IMG/VR virus record: IMGVR_UViG_3300027692_000003
DNA length: 64,000 nt
Origin: a virus
Lineage: Duplodnaviria > Heunggongvirae > Uroviricota > Caudoviricetes
Strand: one strand, 5' to 3'
Each line of letters begins with the position of its first letter. The first letter of the stretch is position 1. The position numbers and the translations under genes were made by a program. Shown here piece by piece: positions 43,578 to 52,643 of this stretch. A model generated the notes under the pieces. The model searched no databases. It worked only from the letters and a program-made list of their open reading frames with translations, and had not been told where the DNA came from.

Positions 43578-44419
43578 CAGGGGGCACCCGTCTCGGTCAG
43601 CTCACGGTAATGCGGTGCCTGTCTCGGGGACCTGGCCAGCTCCCCGAGGCTCATGCCCAGCAGGGTGCCGAGTGCGGTGTCGGCCTCGCCCAGGACCATG
43701 GCGGCAGCCTGGAAATGCTGCCCGGACCGGGCGACCGGCTCGGTGATCTCCGGGCCGTAGTGCCCCTGGTCGGTCATGCCGCGGGAGATCGCGACCGCGG
43801 TCGTGTTCGCGCGCAGCCCGACCTCGGACAGGGCCCGCATGACCCGGTGCTTGTCGTGGGCGTTCCCGGCGGATGCTTCGGCGCGGAGGCGCTGCAGTCC
43901 TTCTATCACCATCTCGAGCGAACCGGATCCGGCCATGCTGGGGGATGTTCCTTCCGTGACTGGAGGGTGACCGGCTGATACCGGGCCTGGCGGGGAGCTG
44001 GCCGGGACGCCGGGTGCAGGGCCCTGCTGCGGCGGCGGTCCGAGGACGTCGGCAACATCGTCCCCGCCGAGGCGCAGTATCCGGGACGGGGCGTGCGTGC
44101 CTCGGCCGCCGCGGGCAGATGGCGGTCCGGCGGCCGGTGCTGCGGCGGGACCCCCGGCGGACGCCGGGCCGTGCCGGCGTTCGTGGCGGCGCTGCTCGAG
44201 CCAGTCCGCGGCCTGTGCCTTCGCCCATGCCCTGCTGATCTCGGCGGCTGCCGCTGCCCTCATGTTCCGCGGCGACATCAGGCGGGCACCGGCGGCGCCG
44301 CGGCTGGCTACGCGGGGATTCCTGGAGTTCGCTGCGGCGCGGGACACCGTGCGGGAGAGCACGAGGAACGCCCCGCCGATGACGAGCAGGGCGAGGAGGA
44401 CCTGCCCGGTGGCGTGCAC
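43577..44419 (-). CDS. TraA-like/plasmid transfer accessory protein
   Basis: N-terminal TM, Pro-rich linker, helical C-terminal domain; directly upstream of traB as in actinomycete plasmids. Confidence 0.55.
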   Translation of the reverse strand: MHATGQVLLALLVIGGAFLVLSRTVSRAAANSRNPRVASRGAAGARLMSPRNMRAAAAAEISRAWAKAQAADWLEQRRHERRHGPASAGGPAAAPAAGPPSARGGRGTHAPSRILRLGGDDVADVLGPPPQQGPAPGVPASSPPGPVSAGHPPVTEGTSPSMAGSGSLEMVIEGLQRLRAEASAGNAHDKHRVMRALSEVGLRANTTAVAISRGMTDQGHYGPEITEPVARSGQHFQAAAMVLGEADTALGTLLGMSLGELARSPRQAPHYRELTETGAP

Positions 44420-44422
44420 GGG

Positions 44423-44884
44423 TCAGCCTCCCAGCAGGCGCGCGAGGGAGGCTACGGCCTGCTGGGCGGGGACGGCTGTCAGCTGGTAGGCGCTGGCGGC
44501 GATCCCGCCCCCGGCCAGGCACGCCAGGAACGGGGTCCCGGCCGCTGCGTAGGCGATGCCAGGGTCGGGTTCCCAGATGAGGGCTACGGTGATGGCGGCG
44601 AGGAGGAACAGGACCGCGATCGTGACCGCGGCCCACCCCAGGCCCGTAGAGACCCCGCCGAGCCACCTGGTGGCGTCCCGCTCGATCCCGGTGATGAACT
44701 CACCTGCCGGGGTCACTACCAGGGCGCAGCCGGCGCAGTACATGAGGGCGATGATGAGCCGCCCTGTCCACGGGTGGGTGGCGGAGGGGAACCGGTGCCG
44801 GTGCGTCATCGTCAGCACGCAGGCGCCGATGGTGATGACCGCGGCACCGGAGCCGAGCCAGCCGCCTGCACCGTGGAGGTTCAC
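44423..44884 (-). CDS. Multi-pass membrane protein (pilin/Spd-like)
   Basis: GTG 44884 overlaps the WhiB stop; about 4 hydrophobic segments. Confidence 0.65.
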   Translation of the reverse strand: MNLHGAGGWLGSGAAVITIGACVLTMTHRHRFPSATHPWTGRLIIALMYCAGCALVVTPAGEFITGIERDATRWLGGVSTGLGWAAVTIAVLFLLAAITVALIWEPDPGIAYAAAGTPFLACLAGGGIAASAYQLTAVPAQQAVASLARLLGG

Positions 44885-45219
44885 GCGGCCTCCGACTGCT
44901 GCGGGCTGCCCTGGGGCAGCGCGGCCTGGTGTCGCATGCGGCGCCGCTGGCGTGCGGTCGTCCCGCCGAGGATCCCGTGGCCGTCGCCGATGGCGAGCGC
45001 CCATTCCAGGCACTGCGCCCGGACTTCGCAGCCCTGGCAGATCCGCTTCGCGTGGCGGCTGGTGCAGCCTTTCTCCGGGTGCCACAGGTCGGGGTCGGCC
45101 TCTGCGCACCGGGCGCCGTCCTGCCAGGACAGGTCACCCGTGCCCCGCTCCGGGTACAGGGCGGACCGCAGGCCGCGCAGGGCCGGTTCCGGATGCGCCG
45201 CGCCCGGCGGGGTGCTCAT
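44881..45219 (-). CDS. whiB: WhiB-family Fe-S transcription factor
   Basis: WQDGARCAEADPDLWHP...AKRICQGCEVRAQCLEWAL...GILGGTTARQRRR (GxWGG variant). Confidence 0.92.
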   Translation of the reverse strand: MSTPPGAAHPEPALRGLRSALYPERGTGDLSWQDGARCAEADPDLWHPEKGCTSRHAKRICQGCEVRAQCLEWALAIGDGHGILGGTTARQRRRMRHQAALPQGSPQQSEAA

Positions 45220-45365
45220 GCGGGGATCCGGCCGGTGACCGCGGTGTGCCGGCGGTGCCGGCGCAGGAAGTGAAGGGCGCGGGCCCGGAGGCGGCGGGAT
45301 GGCGGGCGCAGGTGCCTGGGGGTAGTGATGCGGTAAGCGGCGCTCGGGGGGGTTTCGGGGTTCAT
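45216..45365 (-). CDS. Small Arg-rich protein, first gene of the tra operon (49 aa)
   Basis: Manual translation MNPETPPSAAYRITTPRHLRPPSRRLRARALHFLRRHRRHTAVTGRIPA; ATGA overlap with whiB. Confidence 0.45.
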   Translation of the reverse strand: MNPETPPSAAYRITTPRHLRPPSRRLRARALHFLRRHRRHTAVTGRIPA

Positions 45366-45399
45366 CGGGTTCCGTTCGGCGCGAGGGATTCACGATGCC

Positions 45400-45428
45400 A
45401 GTTCACGGTTAACGGCTAACCGTGAACT
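45400..45428. promoter_or_regulatory. 12-bp perfect inverted repeat between the divergent tra operon and GntR (Kor-type operator candidate)
   Basis: agttcacggtta-acggc-taaccgtgaact. Confidence 0.75.
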
Positions 45429-45552
45429 ACGATACACCATGGACTCACGCGTAGCCGTTGTCAACTTGCAGCCCGGTTCTGCGGGTGCGGGAGTGACCGG
45501 GCTCTACGATTGGCGCAGGACCGGGACCAGGATCGGGAGGAGACGCCGCCAC

Positions 45553-46089
45553 ATGGACCTGACGCCGCCTGTGGCGCGCTATGAGCAGGTCGCGCGGCAC
45601 CTGAAGGCGCAGATCCTGTCCGGGGCCTACCAGGCGGGCGACACGCTGCCCGGCGCTCCCGCCCTGGCCGGCATGCTGGGCACCTCCCAGTCGGTGGTGC
45701 AGAAGGCATACGAGATGCTCGACGCCGCCGGGCTGGTACGCAGCGAGGTCGGCCGCGGCACCGTGGTCGTGGCCCGCCGCCGCTACCAGGTCCGGGTCGA
45801 GGTGCCGCGGCGGGGGGCACCCCGGGACGCCGCCGCCGAGCCTGGCGCCCTGCGTGCCGCACTGGAGGACGCCGCACGGAATGAAGCCGCGATCACCGAG
45901 ATCGGATTCGCCGGCGCCGGGCCCTACGGCGCCTCAGTGCTGATGACGGTGGAAGCGGCAGATCCCCGGCGTGCCGTCGACGCGGGATATCCCGTCGTGC
46001 TGGCAGCCGGTGTACAGGCGGGATGGAGCTGGGATGGCTGGGGCCTGGACGCTGCATCTGTCAGCGCGCGGCCCGGGCAGGATCCGTGA
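45553..46089 (+). CDS. GntR-family regulator (KorA/TraR-like)
   Basis: RYEQVARHLKAQILSGAYQAGDTLP...LAGMLGTSQSVVQKAYEMLDAAGLVRSEVGRGTVV. Confidence 0.9.
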   Translation: MDLTPPVARYEQVARHLKAQILSGAYQAGDTLPGAPALAGMLGTSQSVVQKAYEMLDAAGLVRSEVGRGTVVVARRRYQVRVEVPRRGAPRDAAAEPGALRAALEDAARNEAAITEIGFAGAGPYGASVLMTVEAADPRRAVDAGYPVVLAAGVQAGWSWDGWGLDAASVSARPGQDP

Positions 46090-46890
46090 CGGGCAGGCTC
46101 GCGGGCTCCTGGCCTGCCTGGCGGCAGTTAACTCCGGACCCCCGACGGGGATCTCGTAGACCAGGGCGTACCGCTCGACGGGGAGCACGATATCGGCGGT
46201 CTCCACTGCCATCTGCTCTGTCCGGTAGGTGCGGGCGATGGTGAGCACAGCCGATCCTGCCCGGATCCGGAGCCGTTCCGCTTCGGCGGCCAGGGCGGCG
46301 CGGGCGGAGACGACTTCCTCAGCGCGGATGACCCGCTGCCCGATGACGGCCATCCGGTCCACGACCCCGGCGCCGGCGTGGGGTCCTTCCTCGGGGAACA
46401 TGATGGCGGTGCCGCTGGTGAGCGTCGCGGGTTCCCACGAGGTGGACAGCATGACCGGCTCCCCGTCCCGGAGGAACGTGTACGCGGTGCGCATGGCCAG
46501 CTGGCCGGGTCCGGCACCGAGGCGGCCGGTGATCGCCGGGGTCATGGGGGCACGGTCGGTGGAGGCTTCCCAGGTGCCGGCGGCGCCGGACTGCTCAGCG
46601 TCGGCACGGAACGGTGACCCGCCCGGGCGGGTGGTGTACCAGGCGCGCGTGAGGCGCTGCCGTTCGGGGCGCTGCCGGACGTAGGTTCCTGATCCTGGCC
46701 TGCTCTCGGCGAATCCCTCGGCGGTCAGCAGGCGGACGGCCTCGACGGCTACCCGGTCCGATACGCCGTACTGGCGGGCGAGCTGGTGGCGGCTGGGGAT
46801 GCGGGCACCGGCGGTGAGGTTCCCGTCAACGATGTCGCGGCGCAGTTCGTCGGCGATGCGCCGGTAAGTGGATTCCGCCATGGATGACAT
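45934..46890 (-). CDS. GntR/HutC regulator with UTRA domain (KorSA-like)
   Basis: YRRIADELRRDI..G.L..G.RIPS...LA..YGVS...EAV..L..EG....RPGSGTYV plus UTRA ending YEIPV (~46144). The frame runs on ~70 codons into the convergent GntR gene. Confidence 0.88.
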   Translation of the reverse strand: MSSMAESTYRRIADELRRDIVDGNLTAGARIPSRHQLARQYGVSDRVAVEAVRLLTAEGFAESRPGSGTYVRQRPERQRLTRAWYTTRPGGSPFRADAEQSGAAGTWEASTDRAPMTPAITGRLGAGPGQLAMRTAYTFLRDGEPVMLSTSWEPATLTSGTAIMFPEEGPHAGAGVVDRMAVIGQRVIRAEEVVSARAALAAEAERLRIRAGSAVLTIARTYRTEQMAVETADIVLPVERYALVYEIPVGGPELTAARQARSPRACPSRILPGPRADRCSVQAPAIPAPSRLYTGCQHDGISRVDGTPGICRFHRHQH

Positions 46891-46901
46891 CTTGACGAAG
46901 G

Positions 46902-46936
46902 TGAGTACTCAGGTGCAAGCTGAGTACTCAGCTTGC
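46902..46936. promoter_or_regulatory. Perfect 22-bp palindrome plus adjacent core repeat (GntR operator candidate)
   Basis: gcaagctgagtactcagcttgc at 46915-46936; second tgagtactca at 46902-46911. Confidence 0.8.
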
Positions 46937-46963
46937 TTTCATGTGTCGCGTTAAGGAGGGGCC

Positions 46964-47113
46964 GTGGACCTGTCGGCCTCGGGGGCGCCGGTGGAGGAGA
47001 TCGCGCGGCTGGCTGGGCACTCGAGCTCACGTACGACGGAGGTTATCTACCGGAAGGAGCTCCGTCCGGTCCTGGTCAAGGGGGCCGAGGTCATGGACCA
47101 GATCTTCGGATGA
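46964..47113 (+). pseudogene. C-terminal 49-aa fragment of a tyrosine integrase
   Basis: Manual translation VDLSASGAPVEEIARLAGHSSSRTTEVIYRKELRPVLVKGAEVMDQIFG retains the LxGH...Y catalytic end; aaggagg precedes the GTG. Confidence 0.75.
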
Positions 47114-47414
47114 TCAACCACAGAAAGGAGTCCGTGCGCGCTGAGAGTCTCGCCCACGGCTCAGACCAGCACGGATAAATAATCGGCACTCAAAACGTTC
47201 CGTGATCCTTGATGGTATCCGTCATGCGGGAGCGGTGGCCGCGTGGGGAAGCGCAATCCGAGTCCCCGAGGCGGTACAACTGCCCATTCCTGACTGTGCC
47301 GCAGCGCGACTCCCGGCCTGCTGATGGGCCGGGTACGGCCCAGGTAAGGTTTCCGTAGGGTGCTGATCGGTCTACTTTCTACTATCAGCCTGGGCCCGTG
47401 GTCGGCCCTTGTTA

Positions 47415-48890
47415 TCAGTCTGTCGTAGTGTCCATCGCTCCGAGAGATGATGCAATTGCAGCGAACTGGTCCAGAGCCGCTTGCAGGTCCTCGACGATCT
47501 CGGCGGCAATCAGCTCTGGAGCTGGCAGGTTACCGGTATCCTCCAGCGATTCGTCGCGGAGCCAGAAGATGTCCAGGGACGCCTTATCTCTCGCGGCCAG
47601 CTCGTCATAGGAGAACGCCCTGAACCGCTCCGTCTCCGTGCGCTCGTGGCGGTCCGCCGGGTTGTAGCAGGCCACGAAGTCATCAAGGTCCGTCCGCACG
47701 AGAGCCCGGGTCTTCAGCGTGAAGTTCTGGTTGGTGCGGAAGTCGTAGATCCACAGCTTCTGCGTCCACGGGTTCTCCGACGGCGGCTTGCGGTCGAAGA
47801 GCAGCACGTTCGCCTTCACGCCGCCCGCGTAGAAGATCCCGGTCGGCAGCCGCAGGAGGGTGTGCACGTCGCACTGCTCCAGCAGCTGTCTCCGTACCGT
47901 CTCGCCCGCGCCGCCCTCGAACAGGACGTTGTCGGGTACGACAATGGCGGCGCGACCGTTGATGGTGAGCAATGACCGGACGTGCTGGAGGAAGTTGAGC
48001 TGCTTGTTGGAAGTAGTCGCCCAGAAGTCCTCGCGGAGGTAGCTCATCTCCTCCCGTTCGGTCTCGCCCTGGGCGTTGACCACCTTGTAGGAGGACTTCC
48101 TGCCGAACGGCGGATTGGTCAGTACCATGTCGAAGTGGTCCGACGGAGTGGACCTGAGCGAGTCATCCACGGTGATCAGGCTCGGACTTTCCGGTGCACT
48201 GATCCCGTGAAGCAGGAGGTTCATGGCGCACAGCCGAGCGGTTGCATCGACGATCTCCCAGCCTCGCAGCGCCACGTCCCGGAGGAACCTCTTCTCGTCC
48301 GGGTCAAGGCTGCCTGACTTCATCTGCTCGTAGGCGGCCAAGAGGAAGCCCCCAGTGCCAGCCGCCGGGTCGCATACCCGCATGGATGCCGTTGGCCGCA
48401 TGACATCCACGATGGCCTTGATCAGCGGGCGCGGGGTGAAGTACTGGCCTGCGCCTGACTTGACGTCCTCGGCGTTTTTGGCGAGCAGCCCCTCGTAGGC
48501 ATCGCCTTTGACATCCGCGTCGAGTGTCATCCACTGCTCGCGGTCGATCAGGTCGGAGACGAGCCGCTTCAGCTTCGCCGGGTCTTGGATTTTGTTCTGC
48601 GCCTTGCGAAAGATGACACCCAGGGTGCCGGGCCATTTGGCGAGTTCAGCCAGGACGTGCCGGTAGTGAACCTCAAGGTCGTCACCGTCCAGACGCACCA
48701 ACGATAGCCAGTCGAGGCCCCTCGGAACGATCGCAGGTCTGCTGAAAGGTGGGTGCGCCTGCTCATCGGCCATCTTTAGGAAGAGCAAAAAGGTTAGTTG
48801 TTCGATGTAGTCCTGGTATGACAGCCCATCGTCCCGTAGGACACTACAGTAGTTCCAGAGCTTCTGCACGATGGTGGCACTGTCGCTCAT
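47415..48890 (-). CDS. hsdM: Type I R-M methyltransferase subunit
   Basis: IVQKLWNYC.VLRDDG..Y.DY.EQLT.LLFLK, GAGQYFTPRPLI, DPAAGTGGFL, TNPPFG, AAIVVPDNVLFEGG. Confidence 0.97.
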   Translation of the reverse strand: MSDSATIVQKLWNYCSVLRDDGLSYQDYIEQLTFLLFLKMADEQAHPPFSRPAIVPRGLDWLSLVRLDGDDLEVHYRHVLAELAKWPGTLGVIFRKAQNKIQDPAKLKRLVSDLIDREQWMTLDADVKGDAYEGLLAKNAEDVKSGAGQYFTPRPLIKAIVDVMRPTASMRVCDPAAGTGGFLLAAYEQMKSGSLDPDEKRFLRDVALRGWEIVDATARLCAMNLLLHGISAPESPSLITVDDSLRSTPSDHFDMVLTNPPFGRKSSYKVVNAQGETEREEMSYLREDFWATTSNKQLNFLQHVRSLLTINGRAAIVVPDNVLFEGGAGETVRRQLLEQCDVHTLLRLPTGIFYAGGVKANVLLFDRKPPSENPWTQKLWIYDFRTNQNFTLKTRALVRTDLDDFVACYNPADRHERTETERFRAFSYDELAARDKASLDIFWLRDESLEDTGNLPAPELIAAEIVEDLQAALDQFAAIASSLGAMDTTTD

Positions 48891-50308
48891 GACGTGACCT
48901 TCTCTTGGGACGCGAGACTGGCGCGGCGCCGTCTCGGCTTCTGGCCATCAGATGCCGTCCGTTTTGCACTAATTCGTTCGAGAAGAACGGATGCTGGTTC
49001 GTCCATCGGATCCTGCGAAACGAGTTGGCCAGAGAATGCTGCAGCGAGAACAGCAAATCGGAGTCGTTGTTCCCTGACCTTGGCGGCCTGCAGGTCGGCC
49101 TCTAGTCTTTCGAGTGATGACAGGACTCGCTTGACCTCATTAACGATCCGGATGATTTCTGTGAACGGCGGGATGCCTACCACGGTAGCGTCGATTGACG
49201 GTGCGTTTAGGTTTAGCCGCCCGATGCCGGCGCTCTTCCCGATGAGCTGCCTCTGGATGTGCGGAGCCTGAAAGAGGAAGAAGAGATACTCTGAGAAGAC
49301 AATTGGCAGTCCGAACCGATAGAGAATCAAATAAGCCCCTGGAATCGCTGGGCGATCCTCGGCGATGAACGCGACGGTGCCGATGCTCCCCGTGCGAGTT
49401 ACGAGAATATCCCCAGGCATGACGTGGTATTTTTGAAAGTCGGATTTGCTCAACGCTAGTTTCGGTGCTTGGCCAACTCGTATTCGTCCGTAGGGTGTTA
49501 TGTCTGTCGTACGTAGTACCGGTACACCTGATGCGACATAGTCGCTGCTAGTAAATCGCGGCCCATACAGAGACCAATTCTTCAGTTCGCCGATAGTCGT
49601 ACGCACCCATCCGGGTGGATGGCAAGTCTCGCTACCTTCGAAGTTTTTATTATAAGTCTTCATCCAGACAGATGCGGGCTCATCGTTTAGATCTTGGGGA
49701 ATAAGCTGGCCCGTTACTGCAGCCTGAAGAACCGCCGCGCGCATTCGCTGAAGATTCTGCTGCACCCGGCCCAACGCTGCGGCTCCGGCGTTGATACGGG
49801 AGAACTGTTCCTCGATGGCAGCGACAATTCGCTCCTGCTCAAGCCGCGGAGGAAGCGGTATGCGGATACGCCGCAGTCCCGAGAGTGGAACAGTCATTTG
49901 GGCTGTCCCAGTCGCATATTTAGTCGCTTGATCGAAAATAGCTCGGCTACTCATAAGTAGCGCTATGAAGGAGGGGTAAATTTCGCGCGAGGGTCGCAGA
50001 ATGCCGATATGGCGTTGAACGCAGAACGGCATGTCGTCTCTTACCAGTGCGGAAATGCCATACGACCCAACTAGGGAGTAAAGCACATCGCCCTTCTGGG
50101 GGCGACGGACTGGATCGAGTGACTCAAAATATTCCGGTGGCACATGCCTGCAGCCCGTGAAGTCAAGCTTCTGAGTTCGGATATTGCCGATCACTAGGAA
50201 CGGTACCCCCGCCGGAACTTGAGGTGGGGCTTGATGATCACCGTCGCTGATTGAGGTGCAAACCTGAGATAGTTCTGCCCAAGCCCACCCCGTTGGTAGT
50301 TCGTTCAC
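48887..50308 (-). CDS. hsdS: Type I R-M specificity subunit
   Basis: ELPTGWAWAEL, two TRD regions, IPLPPRLEQERIV..IE..FS, L.AA..GQLV.QDP.DEPAS.LLERI; visibly lower GC. Confidence 0.95.
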   Translation of the reverse strand: MNELPTGWAWAELSQVCTSISDGDHQAPPQVPAGVPFLVIGNIRTQKLDFTGCRHVPPEYFESLDPVRRPQKGDVLYSLVGSYGISALVRDDMPFCVQRHIGILRPSREIYPSFIALLMSSRAIFDQATKYATGTAQMTVPLSGLRRIRIPLPPRLEQERIVAAIEEQFSRINAGAAALGRVQQNLQRMRAAVLQAAVTGQLIPQDLNDEPASVWMKTYNKNFEGSETCHPPGWVRTTIGELKNWSLYGPRFTSSDYVASGVPVLRTTDITPYGRIRVGQAPKLALSKSDFQKYHVMPGDILVTRTGSIGTVAFIAEDRPAIPGAYLILYRFGLPIVFSEYLFFLFQAPHIQRQLIGKSAGIGRLNLNAPSIDATVVGIPPFTEIIRIVNEVKRVLSSLERLEADLQAAKVREQRLRFAVLAAAFSGQLVSQDPMDEPASVLLERISAKRTASDGQKPRRRRASLASQEKVTS

Positions 50309-51318
50309 GCTGCCAAAGCCTCTGTCAACTCGTCAAGGAGCGGGGTGAGTCTGTCCCCGAAGACTTGTGCCGCCTTGCCGATGCCCCCATGCTCCACAAA
50401 GGGCGTGTACTCGAATGACTCTGGGGATATCCCGAGCTCTCCTGTGATGTTCTCTTTCATCCAGGTCAGCCACTGCAGCTGCTCCACCGTGAATGAGACC
50501 CGCTTCTGCTGCTGTGCGCTCAGCCATGCTGCAAACCGTTCCTCGACCTGATCGCGGAACGGGATTAGTTCCTCGTCCAGATGCAGGGTGTACCGTACCA
50601 GCGACACGATGTCAGTGAGCATCCTGTCACCAGAGCCGCGTACTTTCGACTGGTCGAGCAGCTCGTATGCGCGCCAGAGCACGTCCGGGGTCCACTGGCG
50701 CGGTGGGCGTTCGATGGCCCTGGCCAGCTCCTTGATCTCGGTGAAGGTTAGCCGTTCCTTATGCGGGCGGCTGTAGAGCACCTGCAGGGCTCTGATGTCG
50801 TCCTTGTGCTCCTCGATGTACTCCCTGAACGAGGAGATCATGGCGGAGGCCTTCCCGCGGGCCTCTGCGGAATGCCCGGCAAAGAGCAGCTTGTCCCAGC
50901 CCTCATCTATCGTCTGCACGTACGATTTGCGGACGTCAAGGATCGCGTTGCGTAGTCCGGGGTTCGTGGCCAGCGGTTCCAGGGCCTGGGTGAGCATGGC
51001 AGTCGCCATCGCGGCGACGGCGACGGGGTCGTCGGTGGACTGGCCTGCCGCTTCGGTAGCGGCGATTTGCTGGTCGGGATCGAGCGCATCGACCAGGTGG
51101 TGGGCGATCGTGCCCAGGTCGGTGCCTTCGGCCAGGCCGGTGAGCACGTCCCGGTCATCCTTAGTCAGATGCTTGTCGAGGCGGGCGAGGCGCCCGGCGA
51201 TTGAGGATGCGACCTGCGGGTCTCTGCTGCCGAGAGCGACCAGCTTGAACAGCTCCTTCAGGCTCTGGGCTGGCTTGCGTTCCAGAGGTTGTACGGTCTC
51301 GGCGAGCGGGGTGTCCAT
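50305..51318 (-). pseudogene. hsdR: C-terminal fragment of type I restriction subunit (no nuclease or helicase domains)
   Basis: PLERKP..SLKEL, DIRALQVLYSRP, LTDIVSLVRY...L.PF.DQVEERFAAWL, FT.EQ..WL, EHGGIGKA..VFG.RL..L.DEL.E.LA. Homology stops near 51333. Confidence 0.85.
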
Positions 51319-51696
51319 GACGCCGACACATCCGTCACCTTCCCGGGCATCGCGGCTATTGTCCCATCCGTACGGCGGTGGGTGCGCGGCATACTCGCCG
51401 ATTCCCCCCGCACCGACGACATGGAGCTCATCGCCTCCGAACTCGCAACCAACGCGATCAGGCACACCCCGTCCGGGACCCCGGGCGGCTCGTTCACGGT
51501 CACGGTACGGACCGGACCCGCGTGGGCCAGGCTCGAAGTCGCCGATACCGGGACCGGGGTGTGGTCCGCCCCGGAGGGCCAGGACCACGACGCCGAGTAC
51601 GGGCGCGGCCTGGAGATCGTCGCGATCGTGGCCGACAAGCTCGGCCACGACATCGGGCCGGCATGCCAGGTCATGTGGGCAGAGGTCCTCTGGTAA
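51289..51696 (+). CDS. HATPase_c anti-sigma-like ATP-binding protein (AbaA-like); 5' end uncertain
   Basis: TFPG....V..VRRWV, ELIASELATNAIRH, RLEVAD.G, EYGRGL.IV...AD..G; N-terminus abuts the hsdR fragment head-to-head. Confidence 0.8.
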   Translation: MYGLGERGVHDADTSVTFPGIAAIVPSVRRWVRGILADSPRTDDMELIASELATNAIRHTPSGTPGGSFTVTVRTGPAWARLEVADTGTGVWSAPEGQDHDAEYGRGLEIVAIVADKLGHDIGPACQVMWAEVLW

Positions 51697-51833
51697 GCCG
51701 CAGCACCGCACACCGGAGGGTTTTACCGCCGCTTACGGGCGCCTTACCCTATAGTGTGCGGACGGCCACAGACCGGTTATCACCTACGAGACAGTCGGCC
51801 AGGACCTCGCAGCCGGCGACTACAGTGAACCGC

Positions 51834-52643
51834 ATGACCCTCCTGCCTGGCGGTTACGAACCTGACCGGATCGTGGTCGCCGGCGACTGGCACGGCCGCA
51901 CCACGCAGGCGGTGGCGGCGATCAGGACCGCTGCGGGGCTCCTCGCCGATCAGTCTTACCCGGTTATCGTGCACTGCGGCGACTTCGGGATCTGGCCCGG
52001 AGCGGTGGGCCTGGCCTACCTGTCAGCAGTGAGCCGGGAACTTGCCCGGACCCGCGGGGTCCTCCTGTTCGGCGACGGGAACCACGAGGACTTCACCCGC
52101 CTGGACGCGCTCGCCGCCGATGCGGACGAGGGCGGCTGGCCGCTGCCGGAGCCGGTGCCGGTGACCGGGAACCGGCGGGTCCTGTGGCTGCGCCGCGGCG
52201 CGAGGTGGCGGTGGCATGGCCGGGAATGGCTGGCCCTGGGCGGCGGGGTCAGCCTCGACAAGGCCAGGCGCACCGAGGGCAGGGACTGGTGGCCGCAGGA
52301 AGCCATCACCCCGCGGCAGGAAGAGGCGGTGTCCGCTGCCGGGCCTGCTGACGTGATGGTCACCCATGACTGCCCGGCAGGTGTCGTGCACGCGTTCCCG
52401 CCGCCGCCGGCATGGTGGGACCTGGCCGATATCGCCCGGTCCGATCCGCACCGGGAGCGTCTCCAGCGGATCGTGGACACGGTCCGGCCGTCGTACCTGA
52501 TGCACGGCCACCTGCACATCGGGTACCAGCGGATGTGTGACTTCGGGTACGGCCCGGTCCAGGTGACCGGGCTGGACTGTGAAGGCGAGACGTGGAATTA
52601 CGCGGTCCTCGACGTCAGGTCGATGGAATGGGCTGCCGGCTGA
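51834..52643 (+). CDS. Calcineurin-like metallophosphoesterase
   Basis: GDWHG, HCGDFG, DGNHED, VTHDCP and HGHLH motifs. Confidence 0.92.
   Translation: MTLLPGGYEPDRIVVAGDWHGRTTQAVAAIRTAAGLLADQSYPVIVHCGDFGIWPGAVGLAYLSAVSRELARTRGVLLFGDGNHEDFTRLDALAADADEGGWPLPEPVPVTGNRRVLWLRRGARWRWHGREWLALGGGVSLDKARRTEGRDWWPQEAITPRQEEAVSAAGPADVMVTHDCPAGVVHAFPPPPAWWDLADIARSDPHRERLQRIVDTVRPSYLMHGHLHIGYQRMCDFGYGPVQVTGLDCEGETWNYAVLDVRSMEWAAG

Larger units (their letters stand above)
39796..47113. mobile_element. Actinomycete plasmid/AICE-type conjugation module
   Basis: Spd/DUF2637-like, TraB (FtsK-like), TraA-like, pilin-like membrane protein, WhiB, divergent GntR, GntR-UTRA and an integrase remnant. Confidence 0.75.

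Noticed and set aside
47114-47414. attL/attR site after the integrase remnant
   Set aside because: Contains a hairpin and an AT-richer stretch, but I identified no tRNA 3' end or duplicated core within the window.
50305-51711. 468-aa ORF as a single protein
   Set aside because: The first ~130 aa are the antisense of the HATPase gene; only the part from ~51333 is HsdR-like.
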